Part shown: positions 1 to 9,658 of the stretch, piece by piece
Layout of the letters: each line of letters starts with the position of its first letter
How positions within the stretch are numbered: the stretch's first letter is position 1
Source: a virus
Lineage: Duplodnaviria > Heunggongvirae > Uroviricota > Caudoviricetes
DNA: 64,000 nucleotides
Direction: 5' to 3' (one strand)
IMG/VR virus record: IMGVR_UViG_3300031994_000003
Coordinates: 258,820-322,819 of that record
Position numbers and translations under genes: made by a program
Notes under the pieces: model-generated
What the model was told of the DNA's origin: nothing
What the model saw: the letters and a program-made list of their open reading frames with translations, nothing else
The model's database searches: none

Positions 1-200
1 GATATCAATATATTTGGTTTGTTTATCCTATTAATGGAAATGACGGAATGATTGTTGATGATATTAGATCTAATGGATTTACAATTCCAACAATAAGTTT
101 TGTAAATAATGATTATAGATATTTAAGAAGTGCAAATGAAGTAAATATTGGAACTATTACTTTTACAATCGAGGGCTCTTCTAATGCAAGTTTTAAATAA
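1..200 (+). CDS. 3' end of a structural-type protein (partial, ...YQYIWFVYPINGNDGMIVDDIRSNGF...SFK*)
   Basis: Open frame from position 3 to TAA at 198-200, immediately followed by the RBS (GGAGTGA) of the next gene; truncated by the window edge. Confidence 0.75.
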   Translation, partial: YQYIWFVYPINGNDGMIVDDIRSNGFTIPTISFVNNDYRYLRSANEVNIGTITFTIEGSSNASFK

Positions 201-213
201 GGAGTGATGAAGA

Positions 214-3200
214 ATGGCACAAAATAATAATGAGATAGATATTTATGGTATTCTTAATGCGAATACTGTTGAGGGTATAATCGCTAAAGCTGAACAAATA
301 AGTATGCCATTGTTTGATGGATCAAGAGAACATTTATCTGATGTAATTAGAAAAATGATTCAAATTGTCGATGCTGATTATATCGTAGATTATGCAGCAT
401 CTAGAACTCCTATTTCTGCAATGTTCTTTACACTAACAGAAAACGCAACTTATAAAAAAGCACATATTTATTATTATTCAGGAGAAACTTTACAAGTTGA
501 AGATTTCACACCAGAAGGTACTGGTGGCGGTAGTGGTGGAGGAGATACTGGACGTCCAGTATTAACTGTTACTACTAAAATTGAAGAAGAGTATAATTTA
601 AATGATACAATTATTTTAAATTATTATTGGTCATCAAGCAATACTGGTACAGGACGTGTGTATGGTATTATTGATGGTGTGACTCAATTATCATCACGTG
701 AAACGCCAACTGCAATATCTGGCGCATCTAGTAGATCTTGGAAATTACCAAAACTAGAAAGAGGAAAACATAATATTGAAATGTATGTTGTTGATGCTGC
801 TAACGTATCATCATCACCAAGATATACTGCAACAATTGTAGTAGGTGGCGTTGATATTTCAACAGATTTTGATGATACTGCATTTTATGTTGCAAATCAA
901 GATTTAGTTATTAATTATTCTATTTATAATTCATCTGAATTTACTGCTCGTGCAGTAGTTAAAATGGATAATAATGCCGAATTTATAGAAACTAACCCAT
1001 CTAAAATAACAATTTCTGGTGCATTAATGACACCAGGATATCATACATTAACATTAAGAGCTGAAACTATTCAAGAAGTTTCTGGTGAATATGTTGTTGT
1101 AAAAAAATCTAAAGATGTTATTTATAATGTTATTGCTGCTGAAGAAGGTGTTGTTTATGTAACACCATACTACAACTCAACACAAGATATAACTGGTTCT
1201 GCTTCAACAGTTAATATAGAAGCAAACCAATCAGTAAATTTCCGTATTAATATTATTGAAATTGGTGGCTCAAATTATAGAGTAACATATTACTTAGATA
1301 CATATGATGAAACATTTACAAATAAAAAGAGTAGATCACAAATATCTCAGGTTACTGGTTTATTAGGTATTAACTCATTTACTAATACCTTCTTTGAAGG
1401 ATATTATAAATTAGTTGCAAGTGTTATTTCAATGACATCTGGTCAAACTGCAGAATGTGAATTCCAATTAACAATTGCACGTTCTTCATTATTAACTATT
1501 GATCCTATTACAGATGGACTACAGTTATGGTTAGATGCATCTGGTAGAACAAATAGTGATGAAAATAAAGATGTTTGGGAAGATAAATCTGGTAATAACA
1601 CTATAGTTGAAATGAATGACTTCAACTATTCTACAAATGGATGGATTACAAATTCTGATGGATATTCAGAAAACTATTTATTAATAAACTCTCGTGCTTA
1701 TGTAAAAATTAATTATGAACCATTTATTAGAGAAATCACTGATGGTTTAACAGTTGATATTGAATTTGAAACAAGAGATATTAACAATGCAGATGCAAGA
1801 GTAATATCATGTTATGGAGGACGTGGATTCTTTGCTAATACATCTGTTGCTCGTTTAGGATCATCTGCAACACCTACAGAAACAACATATACTACTAAAA
1901 CTGTTACTGATGAAGGTGGTACATATGATGTTACAACAAAAACAGGACCATTTGAAATAGATTTCCGTGAAGGTGTAAAAACACATCTTACATATGTTAT
2001 ATTTAGAAATACTACTCCAAATGAATCATATCCAATTCCACTAATGGCTATTTATTTAAATGGCATTTTAACAGGAATAAAACAAATTTCAAATGAAGCA
2101 GATAAATTTATAACAAATGCTGGTCAATATATATATTTAGGATGTAACCCTAATATTTCTACCGGAGTATTAGAAAACTTTGGTGAATGTAAAATATATA
2201 ATTTAAGAGTTTATGATCGTGCATTAACTGCAAAAGAAATCGTAACAAATTATATTTATGATATTAAAGATCAAGATACTCAACAAGAAAAAATTAAAGC
2301 AAATAAATTAGGTGCAGCTGCATCTGATACAACAAAACTAATTCCAGAAATGACATTCTCAATGTTTGAGACTGACTTTAATGGTATTGGTAAAACTACT
2401 AGAAAAAAAGCATTAATAGATTATACTGCACCATCAGGAACTACTACAGCTTTCTCTGATTTTGGTACAGTACAATGGCAAGGTACATCAACTCTTGCAT
2501 ATGCTGTTAAGAACTATAAAATATTTATTTATAGTCAAAATGACTTCTCAAATGTTCCATTAAAGCAAATTGCTAATAGTGATGGTACAATAACAGAAGA
2601 AGAATATAGTGTTTCTGAAGCACAAAGAATGGTGTTTGAAAATCCAAAAGAATATGGAAAGAAACACAAGATAGATATTGGAAATGGTATTAAAGAAAGT
2701 AAATTCACCTTAAAAGCAGATTACATGGATTCAGGACATTGGAGAAATACAGGTAATGCTATGATGTTGGCAGATCTTGGTACAGAAGAAACTCCAGTAC
2801 AAGAATTTTTACCAGTTTGTCGTACGACAATATATGGTTTTCCTATTAGACTTTATATTAATAAAGTTCCAGATAATGCATCTATAAATGGTATCCCTGA
2901 TGATACACAAGGTACAAAATCATCTCTAGGAATTTATAACTTTAACCTTGATAAAGGTTGTACAGATTCACTAGGATTATATGAAAAAGATGATTTAATT
3001 GGCTCATTAGGAGAAACAGATGCAATAACATTTAAGGCAAAGTATCCTTATTTTGATACTATTTCATTCGAAATTTCAGCAAACTCTGACTCTACTGCTG
3101 GAGCATTTGCTAGAAATGATTATAAATCAATAATTGAAGACTTTGAATATCGTTTCCCTGATGAAGATGATATTGAAGATACTCGTTATTATGGTACTTA

Positions 3201-6200
3201 TAAAATAACAGATGGCACAATAGAATTACTTGTAACTAATAAATGGAAATTTAATGAAGATGGAACAATGAGAACTACAAAATTTGTTTCAAATAATTTA
3301 ATTAGTGGTACTTATACTATAAGTGGTTCATTAACAGATTCATCAACTGTAATTAGTTCTCCAGAATTAACTATGGAATGGTTATCAAATGGTGAATTAT
3401 TCTATGATGAGATCGATGAAAAAGGATATGCAACAGCAGCAACTGCTACATTTAGATGCCCAAATTATATCGATTATGATCCTAATACAAAAGAAGAATC
3501 TTCTAGCCCATTAGATATAAGATTCTATCAAACATCAGATAATGGTGGTTATTTCTTAATTCATGAAACTACTGGTCAAGTTTATATGAACGGTAGAACA
3601 CATTTAAAGAAATTAATTACATGGGTAATGGAATCTACAGATGATGAATTCTATAATGATTTTGAAAAACATTTCAATTTACCTTCAGTATTAGACTATT
3701 TTACATTTGTATTTACAATTGGTATGGTCGATAACTTAGGTAAAAACATGATGATTGATACTTATGGCCCACCTGCAGTAGGACGTACATTCTCTGTTGG
3801 TAGAAATAAGGATAAATTAATAACTTATACAGAAGAAGAAATTGCAAGATATGATAATTATGCTTGGTATATTCACTTCTATGATATGGACTCATGTTTA
3901 TCACTAGATAACTCTGGTAATGTTCGTTTTGATACTGATATTGAAATGACTGCCGGTGTATATAACACATCAAAATCTGTATTATGGACAAAATTCCAAA
4001 GATTATTCTATAATGAAATAAGAGCTCGTTATATTGAACTTCGTGAAAATAAAACATATACTGTTGAAAATTTCATGAAATATTATTATGATAAACAAAT
4101 TTCAATAATTCCAGAAATGGATTATAATAATGACTTCTATAATAAATATCTTGAAACACAAGATAGACGTGAATACTTATATATGATGCACGGTTCTCAA
4201 TATGAAGCAATTTATAAATGGATTGAACAACGTTTATATTTCGTAGATACATTCTATGAATATGGTTCAGAATATGAGGCGCGTTGTACTGTCCGTGTTG
4301 AATATGCAGATTATGCAAATGAACCAATCACATTTAAATTACAAACATATATTCCATCATATTGTTTTATCATCTTTAAAAACTCTGGTTCTGATGGATC
4401 TGGTGGTATTTCTGTTCGTAAAAAAGTAGGTAGAGGTCAAACTGTTGAATTCTCAGAATATATTAATACTTCAACAGACCAAGAAATTATCTTATATAAT
4501 GCAGGTAATTTAAAATCATTTGGTGATGTTTCTAAATATACTCCAAAAACAGTACTGGTTGATCAGGCTAAGAAATTAACTTCATTAATTGTTGGTACTG
4601 AAGAACACCCAAATCCAAACTTAACTACATTATCATTAGGTAATAACACATATTTAACTGATGTTGTTATTGAAAACTGTACAGCAATGTCATACTCATT
4701 AAATGTATCAGGATGCTCAAACCTTGAAAGAATTTCTACAAAAGGATCATCTATTTCATCTGTTACATTCCCAGATGGTGCTCCATTAAAGAGTATCACA
4801 TTATCTAAATCAACAACATCATTAATATTAAAGAACCTATCAGTTCTAGATTCATTAACTCTTGAATCAACTGATAAATTAACATCATTAGAAATTACAA
4901 ATTGTCCTAAATTAACAGGATATATGAAAGAAAATGGCGAATATGTTGAAGGACCATTATGGAATAAGATTTTAACATCTTATACTCCTAGTGACCCATT
5001 AACAACAGTTAAACTTGAAGCTTATGGATATGTACAAAATTATAATTTCCTAGATGCTGTTGCAAAACTAGCAAATAGATATCCACAAAATTTCGATATT
5101 TCTGGACATGTTCGTTATTTAGGAACATCTATTCCACAAATGTATTCATATTATAAGGATGACTTCCCTAACTTAACTGTACAATATCCAAATGTTAATA
5201 ATGTTGCATCAATGTTTGAAAATTATAAAAACATTAATGCTGTTTGGAGTAGAGATGAACAAATCGGTTCAGATGATAATATCTCAATTCAAACATTCTA
5301 TTATTGGACGGATCTTCGTGAGGATGATTTCCCAGAAAATGCATTTAGAACATATGGTGGAGTAAAAGGACGTTTAATTGATTTCTATGATGATCAAGAT
5401 ATGGAAGTTTTAGCAGACGAAATAAAAGAGCGTCTTGCTCCATTCCAAAAATTTACAAATGTTAATTCAATGTTTAGAAATATGAGAGTATTAGAATACT
5501 TACATGATGATACATTTGATAACATTGATTTAACTGGTGCATCTACAACATATATGTTTGATGGATGTAACACATTAAAATATTTAGAAATACCAAGAAC
5601 ATTAACTGCTTTAGGTAGTTATATGTTTGGTAACTGTTATAAATTAATTGCATATATTCCAGAAACAATTTCTAGAATAGAAGAATCTTCATTCTATACA
5701 AATAACCACGAAATTGGTATGCATCCTATGTTATTATTTGAAAGCCCATTATCTTGGGATGGTCAAGCCGGCATACGTGATGCACGTTATAATATTAAAC
5801 GTGGTGATAACGGTAGAGCGTTACAAACTAGAAGCTTTGATTATACTGACCCATCAGATAATCATGTTGAGCATTTAAAGATCGATTATTTCGATGTAAA
5901 TGACAATAATGGTCTTCAATATATTAAAGATGTATATCATGAAAATAAATCTAATATTTTCATTACTGATTTTAATATGACAAAAAATAATGGATATTCT
6001 AATCCATTTAATGCATTAGAATTCCTTCCAGGATCTTTAAAGAATTGTAAGAATATCGCTAAGATTTCAACTCCACCATTCAATGTACATGTTGAAGAAT
6101 CTGATGAATCAGATCCTATTAAAGAATTTGAAGTGTCAATAGCACGTATGTTTAATGATGATAATATTTTAGATAGTCATAGAAAGAGTATTAGTTTTGA

Positions 6201-8607
6201 TACTATTTACATTCTATCTCCAACACCAAATGTAACTCGTGTAAATAGATATTTCTTAATGAATACTAATCCACGTCATGTATATATCTCATCTAATATG
6301 ATAACAATTGAAAACTCTGCATTTGCAAGTTGTTCAGCAGATGATATCTTTATTACTGGTGCAAAGACCTCTCAAGTAGCATTAAATTCAATTGGAGATA
6401 AAGCATACAAGGGTGCAGGATTAACAGAAATATTTATTCCAGATACTGTTACATATATTGGTGAAGAAGCGTTTGCCGATTGTCAAAAATTTACATCATT
6501 AAAATATTCAAAGGGTATGACATATATTCCTGTTAAATGTTTCCAAAATGCATTAAAGGGTGACTCTGGTGCATTAATGGAATCTATAAAAGGATTCTCT
6601 AAGAATATTCGTGAAATTGGTAACCAAGCATTTGATGGTGCTGTTTCATTAGGTATATTTAAATTATCAAATAAACTTGATAAAGAAACAGATTTTGACT
6701 GCTATTTCAATACAGAAGAAAATACTGAAAATCAAGAAAACTTAGAATACTTTACTAATCTAGAAAGAATTGGTAATTATGCATTCCGTAATGTTCATAA
6801 TATTTCAAGAATAAATGTAAAACCAACAATTAAAGAAATTGGTGCATATGCATTCTATCCTCCTCAATCTGGTGGTGCAAATGAAACTCTATTAGTTTGG
6901 GATAAGGGTGCAGATTATAGTAACTTATCAATCGAATCAGCAGCATTTATTAATAGACAATTTAGTTGGCTATGTGATACTGATGGCTTCACTGGACATA
7001 TTATACCAAAAGTAGTATATATACCAGAAGTTAAATATATTTCTGCAGAAGCATTCTCTCCATACTCTACATCTTCAGCTGGCGCAGAGTTAGACTTTGT
7101 ATTAACTCCACGTTCTCCATTACAAGAAGTAGATTCATGGACTTCAAACTTCGTTACAAATTGTTTAGATATTATATATGACTTTGAAGATGTTGTTGAA
7201 GAATCAGGTGAATATTCAACATTTATGTATTTCTTAACAAATAATGGACTTAATAGAAAATCTCTATTAGCACGTCTATCTAGAGATACAGGTACTGTTC
7301 GTATTCCATCTAAGATAACATTTAAGAATAATGATTATATACTAACAGAAATATTAGATAAAGCATTTGTTGATCATGATACTCAATTAAACAACATCTG
7401 GTTTGATGAGGACTGTGTAATAAGACGTCTAGGTAATAGATTCTTTGATGGTACAAATATTACAAATATTTTCGTAGTTGATGAAAATAACCAACCTATT
7501 ACAAATAATAATAAACCTGTTTATATTCCAGCATCATTAGTTAGTGATGCAGAATATCCAGATCCAATTGGAGATAACAATCCATTTAAATCTACAGCAT
7601 GGTTTAGTAATAACACAGTTAATATTCATGATGATTTCGTATATCTAAATGAATACTGTATTGGTTATGAGCCATCACAAGATAATACTATTAATATTAC
7701 ATCAACTCAAAAAACAGTTCGTGATGATATTAAATTTATTTATGAAAATGCATTTGCTGGCTCTCAATTTAGAACATTTAGATTCCCTTCATCATTACGC
7801 AAGATATTCAAAGGTGCATATCAAAACTGTTCAACATTGAATCAGTTAGATTTCTCACCATGTAGAGATACATTAGAATATATTGGTAATGAAGCATTTA
7901 TGGCAGATACATCTTTATTAGAAGTAAATTATACTAGAAATATTAGTTATGTTGGTGCTTCTGCATTCTCTAACTGCTCTGGTTTAACTTCAATTACATT
8001 TGAAGAAGGTATGACTCTATCATCAGATTCAGAGCCAATTAACCCAATTGCAGATACTAATGGTTATAATACTCGTATTACTAAAGTTGTTATTCCTAAA
8101 TCTATGGGTGAATTCTTCAAGCAAGGTGGCCCTGGATACTCAATGTTCTCTAAATTAGCTAACTTAACTGATTTAGTAGTCGGAGGCATAGCAGCATATA
8201 TTACAAATCTTCCAAGAACAGAAAATGTTTCTGATGCTAGTGATTACTATGGAAATGGTGAATACTGCATTGACTTCTCAACAGTTACAATGGAAGATGG
8301 AGTTACAACTCTTGCAGAATACTATCCATTTGCAAAATATGCAAATAGACCTATTAAGATTAAAACTAATAAGCCTTATTTCTATGCACCTATTACAGCA
8401 TATCAATCTGATCTAACAATTACAAATGTTAATACAGAAGCATATGATAGTGCAGATATTTTAAGAGTATTATTAGGTTTCGCTATAAAGCCAACAGGAT
8501 TAAATACATTAATTGCACAAAGAACATTTACTAATCCAGCTACAGCTGCGGTATTTGCAAATATTACTAACCAAAGAATTGCATTTAAGACTGCTGAAAG
8601 AGCATAA
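214..8607 (+). CDS. Giant multidomain virion/adhesin protein: Ig-like N-terminus, LamG/ConA-like domain, CotH-like kinase domain, LRR and BspA-type leucine-rich repeats
   Basis: 2797-aa ORF with RBS. LamG-like LQLWLDASG...IYNLRVYDRALT (~1519-2256). CotH-type motifs WQGTS..YAVKNY, LKADYMDS..RN, GIYNFN, MVDNLGKN, YDMD (~2473-4250). LRRs ~4500-4920. BspA-like repeats (IGDKAY, IGEEAF, IGNYAF, IGNEAF, VGASAF) ~5560-8000. Confidence 0.75.
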   Translation: MAQNNNEIDIYGILNANTVEGIIAKAEQISMPLFDGSREHLSDVIRKMIQIVDADYIVDYAASRTPISAMFFTLTENATYKKAHIYYYSGETLQVEDFTPEGTGGGSGGGDTGRPVLTVTTKIEEEYNLNDTIILNYYWSSSNTGTGRVYGIIDGVTQLSSRETPTAISGASSRSWKLPKLERGKHNIEMYVVDAANVSSSPRYTATIVVGGVDISTDFDDTAFYVANQDLVINYSIYNSSEFTARAVVKMDNNAEFIETNPSKITISGALMTPGYHTLTLRAETIQEVSGEYVVVKKSKDVIYNVIAAEEGVVYVTPYYNSTQDITGSASTVNIEANQSVNFRINIIEIGGSNYRVTYYLDTYDETFTNKKSRSQISQVTGLLGINSFTNTFFEGYYKLVASVISMTSGQTAECEFQLTIARSSLLTIDPITDGLQLWLDASGRTNSDENKDVWEDKSGNNTIVEMNDFNYSTNGWITNSDGYSENYLLINSRAYVKINYEPFIREITDGLTVDIEFETRDINNADARVISCYGGRGFFANTSVARLGSSATPTETTYTTKTVTDEGGTYDVTTKTGPFEIDFREGVKTHLTYVIFRNTTPNESYPIPLMAIYLNGILTGIKQISNEADKFITNAGQYIYLGCNPNISTGVLENFGECKIYNLRVYDRALTAKEIVTNYIYDIKDQDTQQEKIKANKLGAAASDTTKLIPEMTFSMFETDFNGIGKTTRKKALIDYTAPSGTTTAFSDFGTVQWQGTSTLAYAVKNYKIFIYSQNDFSNVPLKQIANSDGTITEEEYSVSEAQRMVFENPKEYGKKHKIDIGNGIKESKFTLKADYMDSGHWRNTGNAMMLADLGTEETPVQEFLPVCRTTIYGFPIRLYINKVPDNASINGIPDDTQGTKSSLGIYNFNLDKGCTDSLGLYEKDDLIGSLGETDAITFKAKYPYFDTISFEISANSDSTAGAFARNDYKSIIEDFEYRFPDEDDIEDTRYYGTYKITDGTIELLVTNKWKFNEDGTMRTTKFVSNNLISGTYTISGSLTDSSTVISSPELTMEWLSNGELFYDEIDEKGYATAATATFRCPNYIDYDPNTKEESSSPLDIRFYQTSDNGGYFLIHETTGQVYMNGRTHLKKLITWVMESTDDEFYNDFEKHFNLPSVLDYFTFVFTIGMVDNLGKNMMIDTYGPPAVGRTFSVGRNKDKLITYTEEEIARYDNYAWYIHFYDMDSCLSLDNSGNVRFDTDIEMTAGVYNTSKSVLWTKFQRLFYNEIRARYIELRENKTYTVENFMKYYYDKQISIIPEMDYNNDFYNKYLETQDRREYLYMMHGSQYEAIYKWIEQRLYFVDTFYEYGSEYEARCTVRVEYADYANEPITFKLQTYIPSYCFIIFKNSGSDGSGGISVRKKVGRGQTVEFSEYINTSTDQEIILYNAGNLKSFGDVSKYTPKTVLVDQAKKLTSLIVGTEEHPNPNLTTLSLGNNTYLTDVVIENCTAMSYSLNVSGCSNLERISTKGSSISSVTFPDGAPLKSITLSKSTTSLILKNLSVLDSLTLESTDKLTSLEITNCPKLTGYMKENGEYVEGPLWNKILTSYTPSDPLTTVKLEAYGYVQNYNFLDAVAKLANRYPQNFDISGHVRYLGTSIPQMYSYYKDDFPNLTVQYPNVNNVASMFENYKNINAVWSRDEQIGSDDNISIQTFYYWTDLREDDFPENAFRTYGGVKGRLIDFYDDQDMEVLADEIKERLAPFQKFTNVNSMFRNMRVLEYLHDDTFDNIDLTGASTTYMFDGCNTLKYLEIPRTLTALGSYMFGNCYKLIAYIPETISRIEESSFYTNNHEIGMHPMLLFESPLSWDGQAGIRDARYNIKRGDNGRALQTRSFDYTDPSDNHVEHLKIDYFDVNDNNGLQYIKDVYHENKSNIFITDFNMTKNNGYSNPFNALEFLPGSLKNCKNIAKISTPPFNVHVEESDESDPIKEFEVSIARMFNDDNILDSHRKSISFDTIYILSPTPNVTRVNRYFLMNTNPRHVYISSNMITIENSAFASCSADDIFITGAKTSQVALNSIGDKAYKGAGLTEIFIPDTVTYIGEEAFADCQKFTSLKYSKGMTYIPVKCFQNALKGDSGALMESIKGFSKNIREIGNQAFDGAVSLGIFKLSNKLDKETDFDCYFNTEENTENQENLEYFTNLERIGNYAFRNVHNISRINVKPTIKEIGAYAFYPPQSGGANETLLVWDKGADYSNLSIESAAFINRQFSWLCDTDGFTGHIIPKVVYIPEVKYISAEAFSPYSTSSAGAELDFVLTPRSPLQEVDSWTSNFVTNCLDIIYDFEDVVEESGEYSTFMYFLTNNGLNRKSLLARLSRDTGTVRIPSKITFKNNDYILTEILDKAFVDHDTQLNNIWFDEDCVIRRLGNRFFDGTNITNIFVVDENNQPITNNNKPVYIPASLVSDAEYPDPIGDNNPFKSTAWFSNNTVNIHDDFVYLNEYCIGYEPSQDNTINITSTQKTVRDDIKFIYENAFAGSQFRTFRFPSSLRKIFKGAYQNCSTLNQLDFSPCRDTLEYIGNEAFMADTSLLEVNYTRNISYVGASAFSNCSGLTSITFEEGMTLSSDSEPINPIADTNGYNTRITKVVIPKSMGEFFKQGGPGYSMFSKLANLTDLVVGGIAAYITNLPRTENVSDASDYYGNGEYCIDFSTVTMEDGVTTLAEYYPFAKYANRPIKIKTNKPYFYAPITAYQSDLTITNVNTEAYDSADILRVLLGFAIKPTGLNTLIAQRTFTNPATAAVFANITNQRIAFKTAERA

Positions 8608-8608
8608 T

Positions 8609-8640
8609 AAAAGAATAAGCCACGTGCTTATTCTTTTTTA
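8609..8640 (+). terminator. Intrinsic terminator after the giant ORF
   Basis: 12-bp stem AAAAGAATAAGC/GCTTATTCTTTT, loop CACGT, followed by a T tract. Confidence 0.85.
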
Positions 8641-8661
8641 TTTTTAAATGAAAAATATGTA

Positions 8662-8669
8662 TATATTAT
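8662..8669 (+). promoter_or_regulatory. Putative early (virion RNAP-type) promoter TATATTAT
   Basis: Motif recurs upstream of six isolated genes in the window; here it lies between a terminator and a small ORF. Confidence 0.55.
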
Positions 8670-8741
8670 AATTGTGACATATAACATTGATTAAATATTA
8701 ATGTTAAAAAAACTTTACAAAAAGGAGAATGAAAACTGAAT

Positions 8742-8882
8742 ATGCATATTGCACAAATTGAACGCAGATACGGCGTTAAGATCACAGTAGCTGATGGTGG
8801 CTTTCATGCAAGCCGCAATGGTGTTAATATTGCTTCAGCTTTAACTCTAGATGAGTTAGAGTTAGCATTATTAACCGAGTAA
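8742..8882 (+). CDS. Small 46-aa hypothetical early protein (MHIAQIERRYGVKITVADGGFHASRNGVNIASALTLDELELALLTE)
   Basis: Not in the ORF track (<60 aa). AAGGAG at 8722-8727 (spacing to ATG is a long 14 nt), upstream TATATTAT, downstream terminator, GC-richer codons than the flanks. Confidence 0.65.
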   Translation: MHIAQIERRYGVKITVADGGFHASRNGVNIASALTLDELELALLTE

Positions 8883-8884
8883 TT

Positions 8885-8924
8885 AAAAAAGAACATAACC
8901 ATTTATGTTATGTTCTTTTTTTTT
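8885..8924. terminator. Bidirectional intrinsic terminator between convergent genes
   Basis: 15-bp stem AAAAAAGAACATAAC/GTTATGTTCTTTTTT with A/T tracts on both sides. Confidence 0.85.
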
Positions 8925-8925
8925 A

Positions 8926-9645
8926 TTAATTTGAAGTGCATTCAATAATTTTTCTAATAATTGAATCTTTTTTTTCTTTTTGTTTAGGAGCCATAGGATC
9001 TCTTCCACCCTTATGTCCTAGATTAAATAGAATTTGACAAAGTTCATTTCTTGATAAAAGATTTAATTCTTCTTCTGTATAAACAGGCATTTGTTCTTTT
9101 TCTTTACTTTCAACAGCATCAGAAACTTTTTCAACTTCAGTATTTCTATTTAAGAATCTTTGTTCTGAAGGAGATACATAATCTTCTAATTCCTTATCAA
9201 TTACATCATCTTCATCAGATTGAAGTTCGGCAAATAATTCATCTTTTACATTTTGAATAAAAGATGATTCAGTTTCTATATTGCTTGGATTGCCTGGTTT
9301 AATTTGAACAATCTTACCATCCTTATCTTCAGCAAAAACCTCATCTTCTGTCTCAACTTCATCTTCTACTTTATTTACTTCTTGTACTTCAGCAACAGGT
9401 TCTTCTTTTTTTGTTTCTTCTATTTTAGGTTGTTCTACTTCTACTTGTTCTTTAACTTGTACAACTTCAACCTTACGAGCAGCTTGCATTCTCTTGCGCT
9501 TTTCTTCCTCAGGATCATAGATTTCTATATCTAAACCAGTTGCTCTTAAAATTTGATAAACTTCATCTGTAATATAAAGTCCATCACAAGGGCATGATCT
9601 ACCTAAATAAACACCCTTTGATTTAATTCTACACCATACATACAT
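8926..9645 (-). CDS. Acidic hypothetical protein with C-terminal Rho_N/HeH-like helical motif
   Basis: 239-aa ORF with RBS; E/K-rich centre; C-terminal YTEEELNLLSRNELCQIL..LG...KKDSIIRKI pattern. Confidence 0.6.
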   Translation of the reverse strand: MYVWCRIKSKGVYLGRSCPCDGLYITDEVYQILRATGLDIEIYDPEEEKRKRMQAARKVEVVQVKEQVEVEQPKIEETKKEEPVAEVQEVNKVEDEVETEDEVFAEDKDGKIVQIKPGNPSNIETESSFIQNVKDELFAELQSDEDDVIDKELEDYVSPSEQRFLNRNTEVEKVSDAVESKEKEQMPVYTEEELNLLSRNELCQILFNLGHKGGRDPMAPKQKEKKDSIIRKIIECTSN

Positions 9646-9658
9646 AACTATCTTCTCC

